NCBI RefSeq assembly: GCF_030144855.1
Contig: NC_082728.1
Location: forward strand, 33,108,001 to 33,172,000
Direction: 5' to 3'
DNA: 64,000 nucleotides
Origin: Hypanus sabinus
Lineage: Eukaryota
Under the pieces are notes generated by a model. That model made no database searches, was not told the origin of the DNA, and saw only the letters and a list, made by a program, of their open reading frames with translations. Both the position numbers and the translations under genes were made by a program. The number at the start of each line of letters is the position of its first letter. Positions within the stretch are counted from its first letter, which is position 1. Of this stretch, positions 1-14,726 are shown in pieces.

Positions 1-1290
1 CAATCAACAAGTTATAGATACCGGTAATAGAACCATTAACAAAAGGTTTTAAATTTAAAAGATCATCCAGTAAATTTTTATCAGGACCTATAGGAAAAGT
101 AGCTAATTGGAAAAATAGAAAATTTCTAATTTGAAGATATCTGTAAAAATGTGATTTTGGGAGTGCAAATTTATTTGACAATTGGTCAAATGAAGCAAGA
201 GATCCTGAGATAAACAGGTCCAAAAAAAAAACACTTAATACCTAATTCATCCCAATCTTTAAAGACTATATCAGTCATGGAAGGGATACAAAAATAATTA
301 AGGAGAATGGGAGATGATAATGAAAAATTTACTAAACCAAAAAATGTTCTAAATTGAGACCAGATCCTTAAAGTTTGCTTAACAATTATGTTATCTGTTG
401 TTTTATTTGCTGAAAAAGAAGAGTATGATCCATGAAGAGAGACAATAGAGGAATTTTTTTACAGAATTAACTTCTAAGGAGACCCATGATGGGCAATCTT
501 TACGATAAATATATTAGGACCACAAAGTAATATTCCTTATATTGACAGCCCAATAATAAAACCTAAAATTCGGTAGGTCTAGTCCATCCATCTCTTTATT
601 GCTTTGTAAGTAAACTTTACTTAAATGAGCTTGTTTATTATTCCAAATATAAGAGGTTAAAATTGAATCTAAAGAATCAAAGTATGTCTTAGGAATAAAA
701 ATAGGTAAGGCCTGAAAAAGATATAAAAATTTAGGAAGAATCTTGATTTTAATCGAATTAATTCGGCCAATTAGGGATAAGGAAAGAGGGGACCATTTAG
801 AAAGCGTCTTTTTCACATAATACAATAAGGGCTTTAAGTTTTCTTTGAATAAATTCTTGAAGTTTTTAGTAATTGTTACACCTAGATATGTAAATTGACT
901 TGTAACAACTTTGAACGGAAATTTGGCATTTGATGATATTAGGTCATTTAAAGGAAATAACTCACTTTTATGTAGGTTCAGCTTATATCCCGAAAAAGAA
1001 CCAAACTGGGAGATTAAAGAAAGAACCAAAGGTAAAGAAGTTTCAGTGTTAGAGATAAAATGTAAAATATCATCAGAGTATAATGAAATCTTATGAGACA
1101 TACCTTCGGTTAGTATACCAGAAATGTCCTTAGATTCTCGAAGTGCTATTGCTAAGGGTACTATAGCTAAAGCAAAAAGTAAAGGACTAAGAGGACACCC
1201 TTGTCTAGTTCCCTGCTGTAATTTAAAGGGCTTAGAAATTTGGGAGTTAGTAATAACTTGAGCGGTAGGAGACAAGTAGATTAATTTAAC
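1..1290 (-). mobile_element. 5'-truncated L1/Tx1-type LINE, ORF2 RT and 3' region, degenerate
   Basis: ORF 514-1275 has RT motifs GTRQGCPLSPLLF, ISLYSDD, SGYKLNLHKS, YLGV and WSPLSLSLIGRINSIK; the downstream part is broken by stops. Confidence 0.9.
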
Positions 1291-1339
1291 TCATCAAATA
1301 AAATTAGGCCCAAAATTAAACTTTTCTATGTCTTAAATG

Positions 1340-2290
1340 ATCTGTATTATAAATGATCTGGATGAGGAAGTAGAAGGGTGGGTTAGTACATTTCCTGATG
1401 ATGCCAAAGTTGGAGGTGTTGTGAATAGTCTGGAGAGTTGTCAGAGATTACAGTTGGACATCGATAGGATGTAGAAATGGGCTGAAAAGTGGCAGACAGA
1501 ATTCAACCCAAGTAAGTGTGAAGTGGTTCATTTTGGTAGGTCAAATTTGAAGACAGAATATAATATTAATGGTAAGACTCTTGGCAGTGTGGAGGATCTG
1601 GGGGATTTTGAGCTCCATGTCTGTAGGACACTCAAAGCTGCTGCATAGTGTACAGATTGACAGTGTTGATAAGAAGGCATATGGTGTGTTGGCATTCATC
1701 AACCATCAGATTTAGTTCAAGAGCTGGGAGGTAATGTTACAACTATGTAAAACCTTAGTTACACCCCACTTGGGTACTGTGTTCAGTTCTGGTCACCTCA
1801 CTACAGGAAGGATATGGATGCTATAGAGAGAGTGCAGAGGAGATTTACAAGGATGTTGCCTAGATTGGAGAGTATACCTTATGAAAATAGGTTGAGTGAA
1901 CCTGGCCTTTTCTCCTTGGAGCAGTGGAAGATGAGAGGTGACCTGCTTGAGGTGTATAAGTTGATGAGAGGCATTAATCATGTGGAAAGCCAGAGGGATT
2001 TTCCCAGGGCCGAAATGGCTAACAAAAAGGGACGTAGTTTGAAGATGCTTGGAAGTAGGTACAGGGAGATGTCAGAGGTAAGTTTTTCACACATGGTGGG
2101 TGCATGGGATGCACTGCTGGCAATGATGGTAGAGGCAGATACAACAGGGTCTTTTAAGAGACCCAGAGACAGGTACATGGAACTTTGAAAAATAGAGGGC
2201 TATGCGGTAGGGAAATTCTGGGCCGCTTCTAGACTCGGTTACGTTGTCGGCACAACACTGTGGGCCAAAGGGCCTTTAATGTGCTATAGA
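1340..2290 (+). mobile_element. CR1-type LINE 3' fragment
   Basis: Late RT sequence (AIERVQRRFTRMLP..MRGDLLEVYK) followed by a CR1-like 3' UTR. Confidence 0.85.
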
Positions 2291-2559
2291 TTTTCAATGT
2301 TCTATGTCTGTGTTGGAAGTTTGCTATAGCAATGATAGTATTAGTGATGTAGTTTTCTTCATGTGGATTTATGAAAACTATTAATAGTACAGATGAGACA
2401 GCTCCAGGAAAGGATGTTATATGTTATTTTATGTTTTAAACATATAGCTGACAACTCTTTTAAGATAATATTAAAATTTATGAATTTTGGAATTTAGGCC
2501 AGCTTCCCTCCTCATGGAAAGTTTCAGTAGTAGTGGCTGTTCTGAAACTTGGAAATCTA

Positions 2560-3075
2560 TATGATATGTTATGGAGAGAGGAAATTAGGAGTGGGAGGAA
2601 GGCTATATCATTATTTTTCTGAGTTCCTAGTTTGGACGGTCAATGCAGGTAAGGGTAGGTAAGTATATTCAGGCTTCTATGAGCTGGAGAATGGGACTCC
2701 ACAAGGCAGTATTTGCAGCTCTTTATTGTTTAATAGTATGATTGATATTATTTTCTCCGAGATGGGCACTGGGGCGGGTGAATTACTCTTTGCAGATGAT
2801 GGAGCTTTATGGATCAGAGGAAATAAATGCAATTAGCAATTAATAAGGCTGAACAATGGGCAATTAGATTGGGCTTTAAGCTTTCAGTAACTAAAACACG
2901 TTATATGTTCTACAAAGAAGATCAATAGACCTGCACTCGATTTGATACTTTTGAAGAAGTCAGTGGCAAGATTTCTTGGCATGTGGTGGGACAATATGCT
3001 GACATGGAAACACCATATCAGTAAGATAATTGACAAATGTAAAGAGGCATTAAATATCCCTGGGTGTCTGTGTGG
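2560..3075 (+). mobile_element. I/Nimb-like LINE RT remnant
   Basis: Translates to ENGTPQGSICS..LFADDGALW..WAIRLGFKLSVTKT..FLGMWWD..LTWKHHI; the clade call is from motif recollection. Confidence 0.6.
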
Positions 3076-3511
3076 GTCAGAATCCAGATCTCAATCCAAT
3101 CAAAAATTTGTGGCTGGACTTGAAAAGGGCTGTTCACTCACGATCCCCATGTAATCTGACCTAGCTTTAATAGTTTTGAAAAAAAGAATGGGGAGAAATT
3201 GAAGTTCGCAGATGTGCAAAGGTGCTAGCGATCGATCCACACAGACTGAAACAAGGCTGTAATTGCTGCCAAAGTTGCACTTACTCAATACTGTCTTGAA
3301 GGAAGTTGAATACTTATGCAATAAATTATTTTGTGTTTATTTGTAATTAATTTAGATCACTTTGTAGAAATCTGTTTGACACAAAAGAGTTTTTTTTCTG
3401 TTAATCGGTATCAAAAAAGACAATTTAAACTCACTGTGATTCAAGTTGTAAAACAATAAAACAGAAAAATGTCTGGTGGGCGGGTGGTGTATAATTTTTA
3501 TCACCACTGTA
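3075..3511 (+). mobile_element. Tc1/mariner 3' end
   Basis: Sequence resembling SPDLNPIxNLWLDLKRAVH, then a terminus CACTG followed by TA at 3505-3511. Confidence 0.7.
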
Positions 3512-4201
3512 CATAGAAATTAATGGTGCATTTTTTGATAAAGTATCATACTACACAGATCAATAGAGCAGTTTCCAAAGAAAATCTCTTCAATGGCCTT
3601 CTGCTTTGAGCTGGCAGCCTGAGATTGTTGCAGCAATATCAATGGTAGGGACAGTCCAGTTAGTTTACAGAACAAATACTTTAAATGGCCTGTCGTTGTT
3701 TATAAATATTTTGCAATCTGGAATTTTTTTTAGAAATCAGAGATCCTAATTTTAATATCTAATTTTAAATGTATATCATTAAAATAAAATAAACAGTTTT
3801 AAACTCTATTGTCAGCAGGAAGTAACTCTGCTTTCTTTAAGTGTCCTTGTGGTGTGAGCTCTAAGCCTGCAATTGCCCTTAGTAAACTAGTTCCATTCTC
3901 TGTATACATTGTGTGTTTATTTTTTACTTGCACATAAATTCCGTAAGAGTTAATTTTTATTCCACATTCCACATCGCAGAATTTTTGATGATGATTTGTA
4001 AAATCTGTAAGGATGAACTTTCGTTACCCCAACTGCTAAAATGCTGGGTACACGGTACTTTTATAGACCAGAAATGTGACCAATTAATTTCCCCCTCAGA
4101 TACAAACTTGTAAGATTTTTGATTTGGCCTCAATTACGGCATTATAAAAAGAAAGTTAAGATACTCTAAAAATCAAATGCTAAGTTGTTTTTCACTTAAA
4201 A

Positions 4202-6480
4202 CAATGTTTCCCAAACTTTTTTGGTTTGCCAACCCCTAGGTTCCCACACCACAGTGCCCCCTTTTCCTTTAACTGACATTAATTAAAATCTATAAAGCAT
4301 TTTGATTTATGATGCACAGTTAAAGAAAATAGGAACGGCAAATTCAAAGTAGTGACAAATCATTCGAAATTTTTTTAAATCTATTTGAAGCTGCAAACAA
4401 AATTATTTCTTTACTTAGTTATTGTAATGTTCTCGCACAGGTGTAAAAGAACTCTGAACTAAACACCAAGCATAAACCAGTCAATGAGGCGGTTCCAGTA
4501 AGATTAACCATTTACTGTTCACTCTTCCACATTAATGTATGGTGAAAACTGTTGATAAAACAATACAAAATATATACAGTATTTGTTTCCTTCTTGACAT
4601 CACATTTACATCATCAATACTTGCAAAAGTAAAACTACAACAGCTATATTACATAAAAGTGCAACATACAGTCAAAATCTACCTACGCCATCGACTGGCT
4701 TTAAATACACTTCAACACAAACTATCCGCAACTCTTTAAATAACAAAAAACATAAACTTTATCAATCATCTTTACTTTTAACAGAATCAGCATTAACATT
4801 TTTAATTCAACATATCGATTATCTCATGAACTTACGGCATTGCTTCACTGATGTTTCTAGTGCGTAGAAAGAAAACTTTTCTCGGGCTGATCCTGCACAC
4901 ACATGAGCCCCCTCCTTCCTGTTTCTCCAAACCGGTATTTTCCCACAAGATGCGGCGTAACTGGGTGTGACGTCATCGCATGCTGCGCTATATCACAGAC
5001 AACAAATTTACTTTAAACAACCTTAACTTTAACTAGAAAATGGTAACAAACGAATTACTGAAGAGAAAATATAATAAACTAAACAAATGCCTTAAAGGCA
5101 ACACAGTTATAGAGAAAAAATTTTTCATCAACAATTTTGGAGTGTACATTAATAGTCCAAATATTCATTGCTCTTTCACCATTCAATGGGGTGGATAAGC
5201 TTTGTGCAGTGATATCAGCTTTATACGCTAAATGTCACTCAGCAGGAATCTCAAATCCCATGTTCATTAACTTGGAGTCTGTTTCATTACTTTGAAAGAA
5301 TTTTGGCAAGTGCTCTGTGTTATGAATGTACCACAGCTCTGAGGGGCCGAAGGGGCGGGAGCAGCCCCCTTCTTCCGGAGGGTCGCAAGATCACTATTAA
5401 TTCGGGTCTCGGACCCAGGAAATAAGAGACAATGCAACGGTTTTGACCATTGTTCTTAGAGACACCTGTGTGAATTGCAACTCCCTGCTACATGCCAGCT
5501 ACCAGGGACATGGACACCCTCGGGCAATGTGGGGGTGGGGATTGCATCACCCTACTTTGATGGACATCAACAACTCTGCAAGTCAAGTTAAAAGGGGACT
5601 GCAGGAGCCGGTACCCCAGCGACGCACCAGAAGGACACACCATCGCTTAGCGCTCCCGTGCTAGCAGGAAGCCATTCAAAGCCACGTGCATTCCGTTCAC
5701 CTTTGCCTGGGGAGCGGGTGGCTGATAACACCGAAAAAGACTTCGAACTAACAACGGGGAACCAACGCTCCCCTGATTCAACGGAGTTGCTTCATAAAGA
5801 CCCGGGCAAGTTTTCCTTTTCTCACCAATCTCTCTCAAACACGTGAAATCCAGCGATTCCCAAAAGGCTGAAGCCTGCAGACTTTTATATTTCCAACGGA
5901 CAATATATTATCCCCTAGACAACAGTAGAGTTTATTTCTTAATGATGATTATTACTATACCTGCGCTTTAGATTGAGTATTGACGACGTATATTATCTGA
6001 ATGTTTGTATTAACCTTACTTTTGTGCCCCCTTTATAAATAAAAACGTTTGAAAATAGTGCCATCAGACTTCACCGGACCTCTCTATCTTTGCTGGTAAG
6101 TTATCCAGTTACGGGATACGTAACAACTGAAACCATACTCCACAAAATATGATATTGGAAAGGCATTAAAGAACAACTTGACCTTTTTCCACTGCGCAGG
6201 ATAACATTGGGAAATTTCTTTCTGGAATCAAAAATCTTTGATTTCTTTTTGAAACGTGGCTTCAGCTCAGTCATTTTGTAGTGAGATCAGTTCTTCCTCC
6301 ATTCTTCCTGTCAATTTCACATTAAAGTGTCCAGCAATGAATTTATTAACCAATCTGGAATTTGGATCAAGAGAAGATCTTAAAATCTCTCAGGCATGTC
6401 TTTATGTAGCTCATCCAAGAGGGTACAGTTTACTTGAAGGTCATCATCTGGTATTTTTTCTCACCCCTTGTTTTCGGCGG
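4202..6480 (-). mobile_element. hAT (Buster/ZBED5-like) transposon 3' portion, interrupted by a solo LTR
   Basis: TIR-like CAATGTTTCCCAAACT at 4202; the minus strand near 6130-6420 reads FNAFPISYFVEYGFS and ELHKDM, typical of the hAT C-terminal dimerisation region. Confidence 0.65.
5318..6125 (+). mobile_element. Solo LTR (about 808 bp, family A)
   Basis: TGTTATG...CGTAACA termini; flanks TCTG/ACTG (imperfect 4-bp TSD); AATAAA near 6037; homologous to the split LTR at 14727-21671. Confidence 0.8.
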
Positions 6481-6769
6481 TGGAAAAAAGAGGTGCTTAA
6501 CGTGTTTTTAACAGAAAAGCTAGCTGATAATTAGATATTGGTGAAATTGTAGGTTTAACACGGTGAGTCCAAAAGCCACTTTGTGGTATAGCTTACCAGC
6601 AGAAATAGCAAATTGATCAGGAACTCAAGTCCACGGAAGGTCCAAGCACACGTTAGGCATTTGGCATTATCTGGTACATCAGGAGCAAAGTAGGAATAAT
6701 TGTTTCCTTTTAAGAATTTACATAAATGCAATCACTTAATCTTCAGTAGTTCTCTCCCCTCCCTGAAAG

Positions 6770-9700
6770 GTTAATAATGCAGCCTCTGCAATGTCAGTCT
6801 TGCTTTATGTTCAGATTCATGGAAACCTGCTCCCCTGGAGCGTACACGTGCAAGAAATTTCAGCTAATCCAACACTTTGGGATAAAGTTAGCTGAGATTG
6901 AGGATGAGGTAGCTGACCTGCGATGTTGTACTAAATTGGCATTGTGCTCCAGCTGTCCTTTAGAGAGATGGTGTTCACACCATGATACCTGCAGGTTGAG
7001 ACTCCAGACCAGAAAGAAAAAGACAGCGTTAGAAGCGTCCAACCATTTTGAACAATTAGCAATGCTCAATGACTACCATGAGGTGGTAGGCAGGACAGAA
7101 GAGCCCCACAGGTCCTCCAATGCTAAACGTAAGCCCTGGAGAAAGGAAGTAGTTGTAGTAGGGAACTCAATTTAAAGGGAGTGGGTGTTGAGAATCAGGT
7201 GTGTCCTGACAAGGAGTCTTGTACAGTCTGTTCCCTACTAGGAACACAACTGGGAGACCTCCCTGGATGAGTAGATAGATTCTGGCCAGAGCTGAGCTGG
7301 ATCCAGCGGTAATTGTCCACATTGTAATAAATAACTTACTGTAGGTAAGGGCAGGCTGACAGTTCTGGAAGACAAATCTAAAGAGTTAGGTCGGAAAGTT
7401 AGGGGCAGAACTGGTATGGTGGTCTTCTCGGAAATTCTGCCTGTGCCATGTGTCAGTCCAGGTAAGATGGAGGAGTTTATAGAATTGAATGTGTGGCTCA
7501 AATCGTGGCGTGTGTTGCAGGGAATATGGTTGTGGGACACTGGGGTGCCATTTGGGGCAGATGGAACCTAAACCACTGTGATGGGTTGCATATGAACCGG
7601 AGGGTCACTAATGCACTGGGCAGGTGAATGCTTGAGATAGCTGAGGATTGTTTAAACTAGGGAATGGGGAGCAGGGAACTTGGGACAGGCCAGGCTCAAC
7701 TGTTTAAACATCTTAGTGGATAATAACATATTAGGGCATAAACCAATTATAGGCTTCAAGAATATAAAAATGGGTCAGAATAGGATAAAAAATAAATAAT
7801 AGACCAAGGATGGCCTGTATAAATGCAAGAAATATTAAGAATAAAATAAGCGAGCTGGAATTGTGTGCAAGAGCCATTAAGTATGATATAATAACGAGAA
7901 CTGAAACCTGGCTGACACCAAAAAATGGTGATGAATGTAATATTAAAGAATATACTTAGGAAAGATAGGCAAGATCATAAAGGTGGAGGAGTAGCTATAT
8001 ACATAGAGGAGAAGTTAAACATGAGGGTGCTTATGATAAGAAATGAATCGAGGCTTAGTGAAGGTATCTGGGTAAGAGTTGAAAGCTGTAAGGACAGAGG
8101 AATAACATCCATGTTATAGACCCCCTAACGCTGATAGTGATATTAATAAAAAAGCTATCAGAATATTAAAAAAGCAAGTTCTGAGGGTGATGGTATGATT
8201 ATAGGCGACTTTAATTTCCCAAATATTGAGTGGGAGAACCCAGTGTCAAATGGATTACAGAAAAGTGAATTCATTGGATTATTCAATGATTGTTTTTTTT
8301 TAACCCAGTATGTTAATGCACCAACAAGAGGGGAGATCTGTCTAGGTTTGATATTCTGTAACAATCAGGATAGGAGTTTGCTTACTAAGTTGTTGATTTT
8401 TTAGGAAAGATGAGTCATAATGTTGTTGGTCTCAAAGTTTTTTGGGATAGTATATCAGTAAAAACCAAAGCCATTAAATTGAATTTCAGAAAGGCAAAGT
8501 TCGTGCAGATGCACCAAAGACTTCAGACAGTAAACTGGAAGGAAATGCTTGACATTGAGTCAGTTGAGGAACAACACGATCGATTTCAGAGGTAATACAC
8601 TCAGTGCAGGAAGTGTTCACAACCAAGGTTGGGAGATACAATAAAAACAATAGAACAATGTCATGGATGAATAAAGATACATTAAAATATTGAAGAAAGG
8701 ACAACTGTATAAGGAATATGGAAAATATAGTTATGATGTTAACCATAGGGCATATGAAAATATGAAAACTATAGTCAACAGGGAAAATCGAAATACCAGA
8801 AGGCAGGTTGCGAAGAATATTGCTGATAATGCTAAGATCGATCCTAGGAGGTTTTATCAATACTTGAGTAAAAGAAATGTCACGGATGAAATTAAGTGCC
8901 GAAGGAATAATAAAAGGGGTGTTAAATTATGGAGGGAAGGACCTAATGGCTACTCTTAACTCATATTTTGCTGAAGTATTCACCTGTGAAGATGTTAGCA
9001 ATATGCCAGTAAGAGCAGAGAAAAATAAGATTATTTTAAGTGACTTAGAGATCTTAGAAAGTGAAGACCTGCTTCAGCTGAAAAGACACAAAATTAATAA
9101 ATCTCCAGGGCCAGACAACATATATCCAAGGGGATTTAAAGAGGTCTGTGATGAAATGTGCAAACATGTATTTTACTGAAGCCAGTAAAGACTGGTGAAA
9201 TTCCCAAGGACTGGAATGGGCTAATGTTGTTCCAGTATATAAGAAGGGTGACCACACTGACACTGGTAACTATAATCCAGTAAGCATGATGTTTTTTGCA
9301 GGCAAGATAATGGAAACAACAGTAACAAATGAGATGGAAAAGAAGATGATTAGGACAGGTGTGCTACCAGAATGCCAGCATGGGTTCAGAAAGCGGAAAC
9401 CATGTTTTACTAATATGCTGGAGTTCTATGAAGTGGCAACTAAAGTTTATGATAACAACAGAGCAGTTGATATCACTTGCATGGACTTTCAGAAGCCTTT
9501 GACAAGAGGGGTTAATAATCAAGTTAAAGAAGTTAGGGATTCAGAGTAAGGTGTGCGAATGGATGAGAATTGGCTCAGAAACAGAAAACATCAAGTTAAG
9601 GTGAGAGGATCATTTTCACACCTAGAGGATGTTAAAACGGGGTTCCGCAGGGATATGTTTTGGGACTGCGGCTGTTTTTAATTTACATTAATGATTTGGA

Positions 9701-9995
9701 TCACATAACAAATAAACTGATAAAGTTTGTAGATGATAGAAAATTAGGTGGGTGGGCATCATCAAGGACAACGAGGCCATAAGTGTCGACTGGTTAAAGG
9801 GAGATTTCAGACTAACATCAGAAAACATTTCTTTACACAGCAAGTGGATACATGGAACAAACTACCTAGTTGTGGAATTGAGAGTGGCACCTTAGAGACT
9901 TCTAAATCTAAGCTCGGTAGTTACTTCAACACACTATGAATAGGAATTTATCAAGCATAATTGAGCTGAATGGCCTGTTGTCAAAAAAATTTAAA
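6770..9995 (+). mobile_element. Near full-length degenerate CR1-type LINE (ORF1 zinc-finger/esterase, APE, RT)
   Basis: CQSCFMF..YTCKK and VVVGNSI (SGNH-like) in ORF1; IIGDFNFPNIEW (APE); KSPGPDNIYPR and QHGFRKRKPCFTNMLEFY (RT); internal deletion near 9750. Confidence 0.85.
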
Positions 9996-11230
9996 TGTTC
10001 TCATGCCCAACTGAGAGAGGCTTGGAAATTGGAAAAGGTTGCAATGACCAATGTTGTACTTCAATAGAGATAACAGGGACAAAAATGTGGAGACCACTGA
10101 TTTGACTTTGATAAAGATTCCTATCATTTCATTGCAACTGAAGATTTATTTCATAAAACTTTGGAAATAATTTTGTCAAATAAGCAATGTCATGCCTAAT
10201 ATTCTTATGTTTTTCACCAAATGATGCATTCGAGTGTTCAAAGAGTTTTATCACAATTTCAAAAAGCTCATAAAAGTGTCTCTGACGGGTTCGTTTTGAG
10301 AGCCACCTGACTTCTGTGTGCAACATGAAGCATTCAAACTGTTCATTATTCTCAGTACAAAGCTCTCTAAATTTCTAAAATTGAGAATATGGGACATTAT
10401 TTTATTTACTGCCAAAATAACAGTACTTAATGATTTCTCTGGCCAGTCACTTAGATATTTTGTTAAAAGATGTTGTCTATAAATTACAAAGTGAATGGTA
10501 AATATGTTAGGTACATATTCCTCAAGAAGGTAATAATTCCATGGTGTTGTCCTGTCAGTGATGCTTCCCCAACTGTTGCACAAGCCAGAATGTTGGTGAG
10601 CAGAATGTCTTGCTCTTTGAAAAGTGTTCAACAACCTGAAATATTGACTCCTTCCTTTCTGTTTCTTACCCCCTCGTAAATAACAACTCATGAACCAAGC
10701 TTTCATCTTCTTTGACACAAACAAAACCAAGAAGCAACGATTCATTACCTGGCAAAGTTTACTCATCCAACTGCAGAGCAAATTCTAATACCCTAAGCAT
10801 ATTGCCTAACACGTCTTCCACTTTCTCAGCCATTTCATGTATTTGTCTTTGAACAGAGTTGGCACCAAGTGGAATCACTTTAATTACTTGTTGTGGTGAC
10901 CTATGTGAAACCGCACTCAGTACTTCCCTTACTGCTAGCAGAATCAGTTATTCTTCAATTATATTGGGAGTGGGGGTGGTTCCAGAATATTGTATGAAGC
11001 ATGCAAACCATCATTGTTCTGTTATGAGCTGGCAAGCAGATTTTGAAGACGTTTCCATTTCTGAAAGTTTCCACAAAGTGACTGAAAATAAGGCAAGTTC
11101 TTGCTTGCTTTATCAACCTTAAATTTCAAGGCAATATTTACTCATGTTTCAACTTACAAGTTCACTCAGCTGTTGTTCTTTCAAAAGCGCAACTTGATTG
11201 AAAATGCATTCATAGGATCCAAGTAAGGCT
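9995..11230 (-). mobile_element. hAT (Buster/SCAND3-like) transposase middle remnant, probably the same element as 4202-6480
   Basis: LHTEVRWLSK motif (ORF 10129-10326); collinear with the C-terminal remnant on the other side of the CR1 insertion. Confidence 0.7.
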
Positions 11231-14200
11231 GAGTTTCTTCTTGCTTCTGATTGTTCATGAAGAGCTGCTGCTGAGATATTGTTTCTGAAATTAAAGGTGG
11301 AAAACTTTCTGGAGACATAAGAAAAGCCCTGATACAAATAATGCATGAATTGAAAGTAATAAAAACAGATATTAGAAATGTGAAGATCACACTTGATAAG
11401 GTGGTGGAAAAACACAAGAAAATGGACAAGGAAGTTAAAAAGTTGGAAGGAAAAATGGGAGACAACACTGAAAGAATGGACAAGACAGAAGATAATATCC
11501 TTGCCTGGACATCAGAAAGAAAACGATTGTTGGAAAAGTAGATGCGCTCGAAAATTTCAGTAGACAAAACAATATTAAGATTGTTGGTCTTGAAGGTATT
11601 GAGGGAGAAGATTCAATAAAATTCTTTCAAAAATGGATTCCAGAAATCTTGGAAATGGAAGAGGGAAGGCAGTTAATTGAAATCGAAAGGGCTCATTGAG
11701 CTTTAAGACCAAAGCCCCAGCAAGATCAAAATCCATGATCAACCTTGATAAAATGCTTAAAATATCAAGATAAAGAAAAGAAGGCAGCTGCTCAAGGTGC
11801 CAGAAAGAGTAATGGGCCATTGATGATAGAAGGGAGAATAGTTATTTTTTCTCCTGATATAAGTTACGACCTTTTGAAGAGGCAGAAGGAATTTAATTCA
11901 ATGAAAAAAATCTTATGGAAAACGGGTTATAAATTTATATTGAGCTACCCAGCAACATTGGTAATTTTTTTGGATGATGAAGAAAGAAGATTTTTTACTG
12001 ATCATCAGAAAGTGGAGGAGTTTGTACAAAAACATCCTAATATTCATGAGATGCGGTAAAGAATTATGGAAATGAAATGGATTAAAGATGAAGACTGAGA
12101 TAGGGATCGGATTTGATGGACATTTATGAGTAGAAGAATATACAAATATACTTTAAGTATATGATAGAAGGTGAACAAGATTTTAAAAAATTGAGGATTT
12201 ATTAATTGGGAGTAGAGATATTATTTTTTTTCTTCGTCACTTATATATATCTTTTTTTGTTACCGGGGAGCTGGAAGAGCTTCTGATCAATTGCTGTGGG
12301 ATTCACGTGTGTAATCATGATGATTGCCATGACCCGTAAAAACGGGGGGGGGGGTAATGTTGTGTTTCTATTCATTCACAACATTAGTGGGGGGGGGGTA
12401 TTTTGTTTTTTTTTCTTTACTATCTATCTATTTTTCTTTTTTTGCCTAGATGATTGGGTGGGAGACACATAGCAACATGGAGAATTTTAAAGAGATTCCC
12501 CAAGGTATTATGAATGACTAATTTACTCAATTTTTTAAGTTTTAATGTTAATGGGCTTAATGAACCTCTGAAAAGAAGAAGAGTTTTATCATATATTAAG
12601 AAAATGAAATGAGATATAGCTTTTTTTGCAGGAAACACGTTTAACAGAGACAAAACATCAGAAATTAAAGAGAGATTGGGTTGGAAGTGTTATTGCAGAT
12701 TAATTTAATTCAAAATCGAGGGGAGTTGCAATTTTGGTTAATAAAACTTTACCAATTAAAATACAAAATGTGTGGGGAGATATGTGATTATACATTGTCA
12801 AATCTTTTTGGAATTATGGACTCTTATGAACGCTTATGCACCAAATGAAAATGATGCAAAATTCATACAAGAAGTTTTTTTGAATTTGGCTGACGCACAT
12901 GATAAAATATTAATAGGTGGAGATTTTAACTTTTGTTTTGATCCAGTTCTAGATAGGTCAACTAAGGCTGTTACGAAATCAAAAGTAACAAAGCTAACTT
13001 TATCATTAATGAAAGACTTAAATTTGATTGATATATGGAAAAGAATTACTCCAAGAGAAAGTGATAATTCATTTTATTCAAATAGACATAAAACTTATTC
13101 ATGGATTGATTTTTTCCTATTATCAATAAATATTCAGGATAGAGTGAAAAGTGTGAAATATAAAGCAAGAATACTGTCAGATCATTCCCCCTTGATAATG
13201 ACAATGATAATGATGGATAAGGAGGAATTGATTTACAGATGGAGATTTAATTCAATTTTATTAAAACGTCGATTTTTGTGATTTTATGTAAAAACAGATC
13301 TGACTTTTTTGGATACATATTCAGTTGATGATAAATTTATATTATGGGAAGCGATGAAAGCATATTTGAGGGGTTAGATAATAAGTTATACTTCTAAAAT
13401 TAAGGAATATATGGTAGAAATAGATCAATTAGAAAAAGAGATTACAAAATTAGAAAAAGAATCCCAAAGATATATGAGAGAAGAAAAATGAAGACAACTT
13501 GTGAATAAGAAGCTACAATATAATACACTCCAGACATATCGAACAGAAAAAGTAATTATGAGAACTAAACAGAGATATTACGAATTAGGTGAAAGATCAC
13601 ACAAGATTCTTGCTTGGCAGTTGAAAACAGAGCAGGCTTCCAAAACAATAAATGCAATTAGAACAAGTGCAAATAAAATTACTTATAAACCTTTAGAAAT
13701 TAATGAAACTTTAAAATTTTTTAATTCTGAACCATATCAATCAGAATAACAAAAAGAGGTTGCTGAGATAGAAATTTTTTTAATCACAAATAACTCTTCC
13801 AAAATTGAATTCAGAAGAACAGAAAGGATTAGATATGCCCTTTACATTAAAAGAGGTTGAAGATGTTTTAGGATCACTCCAGAGTAATAAATCTCCAGGA
13901 GAAGACGGTTTTCCGCCTTAATTTTATAAAAAATTTAAAGATTTATTAATCCCTCCCTTTATGGAGTTAATATATCAAGCGGAAAGAACAAATAAACTTC
14001 CATTCTTTTTCGACAGTGATCCTAATAGTATTGCCAAAAAAAGATAGAGATCCTTTAAAACCAACATCATATAGGCCTATCTCTTTGTTGAATATGGATT
14101 ATAAAATCATAGCAAAAATTTTAGCTAATATATTATCTAGATATTTACCAAAATTAATACATATGGATCAAACAGGCTTTATTAAAAATAGACAATCGGC

Positions 14201-14726
14201 AGATTATGAAACTCGGTTACTTAGCATAATTCAACTGGCACAAAAAAGAGAAGAAATGAGTGTGGCAGTTGCTTTGGATGAAGAAAAAGCATTTGATAGA
14301 TTGGAATGGGACTTTTTATTTAAAGTATTGGAAAAATATGGGTTAGGAAAATATTTTATAAAGTGGATTAAAACTTTAAATACTAGTCCCAAAGCTAAAG
14401 TAGTGACAACTGGTCAAATTTCAACATCATTCCAGTTAACAAGGTCAACTAGACAAGGCTGTCCATTATCACCTGCCCTATTTGTATTGGCGATAGAACC
14501 ATTAGCTGAGTTAATTAGAACCGATCCAGATATTGTGGGCTTCAGATTTAACCAGGAGGAATATAAGATTAATTTATTTGCTGATGATGTTCTATTTATT
14601 TAACAAACCCATTGCGTTCGTTGCCTAAATTATCTTTTAGATTGGAAGAATATGGGAAAATATCAGGGTATAAAGTAAACTGGGATAAAAGTGAAATTTT
14701 ACCCCTTACTAAAGGAGATAATAGTC
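11230..14726 (+). mobile_element. L1-type LINE, 5' part (ORF1, APE, RT), degenerate
   Basis: Coiled-coil ORF1 and IVIFSPDISYDLLKRQKEF; APE (FNVNGLN, IGGDFN, SDHSP); RT (SYRPISLLNMDYK, TRQGCPLSP, LFADD). Confidence 0.95.

Noticed and set aside
4040-4065. Minus-strand TATA box (CTATAAAAG) as the promoter of a further gene
   Set aside because: It is a single short motif in AT-rich DNA with no supporting exon downstream.
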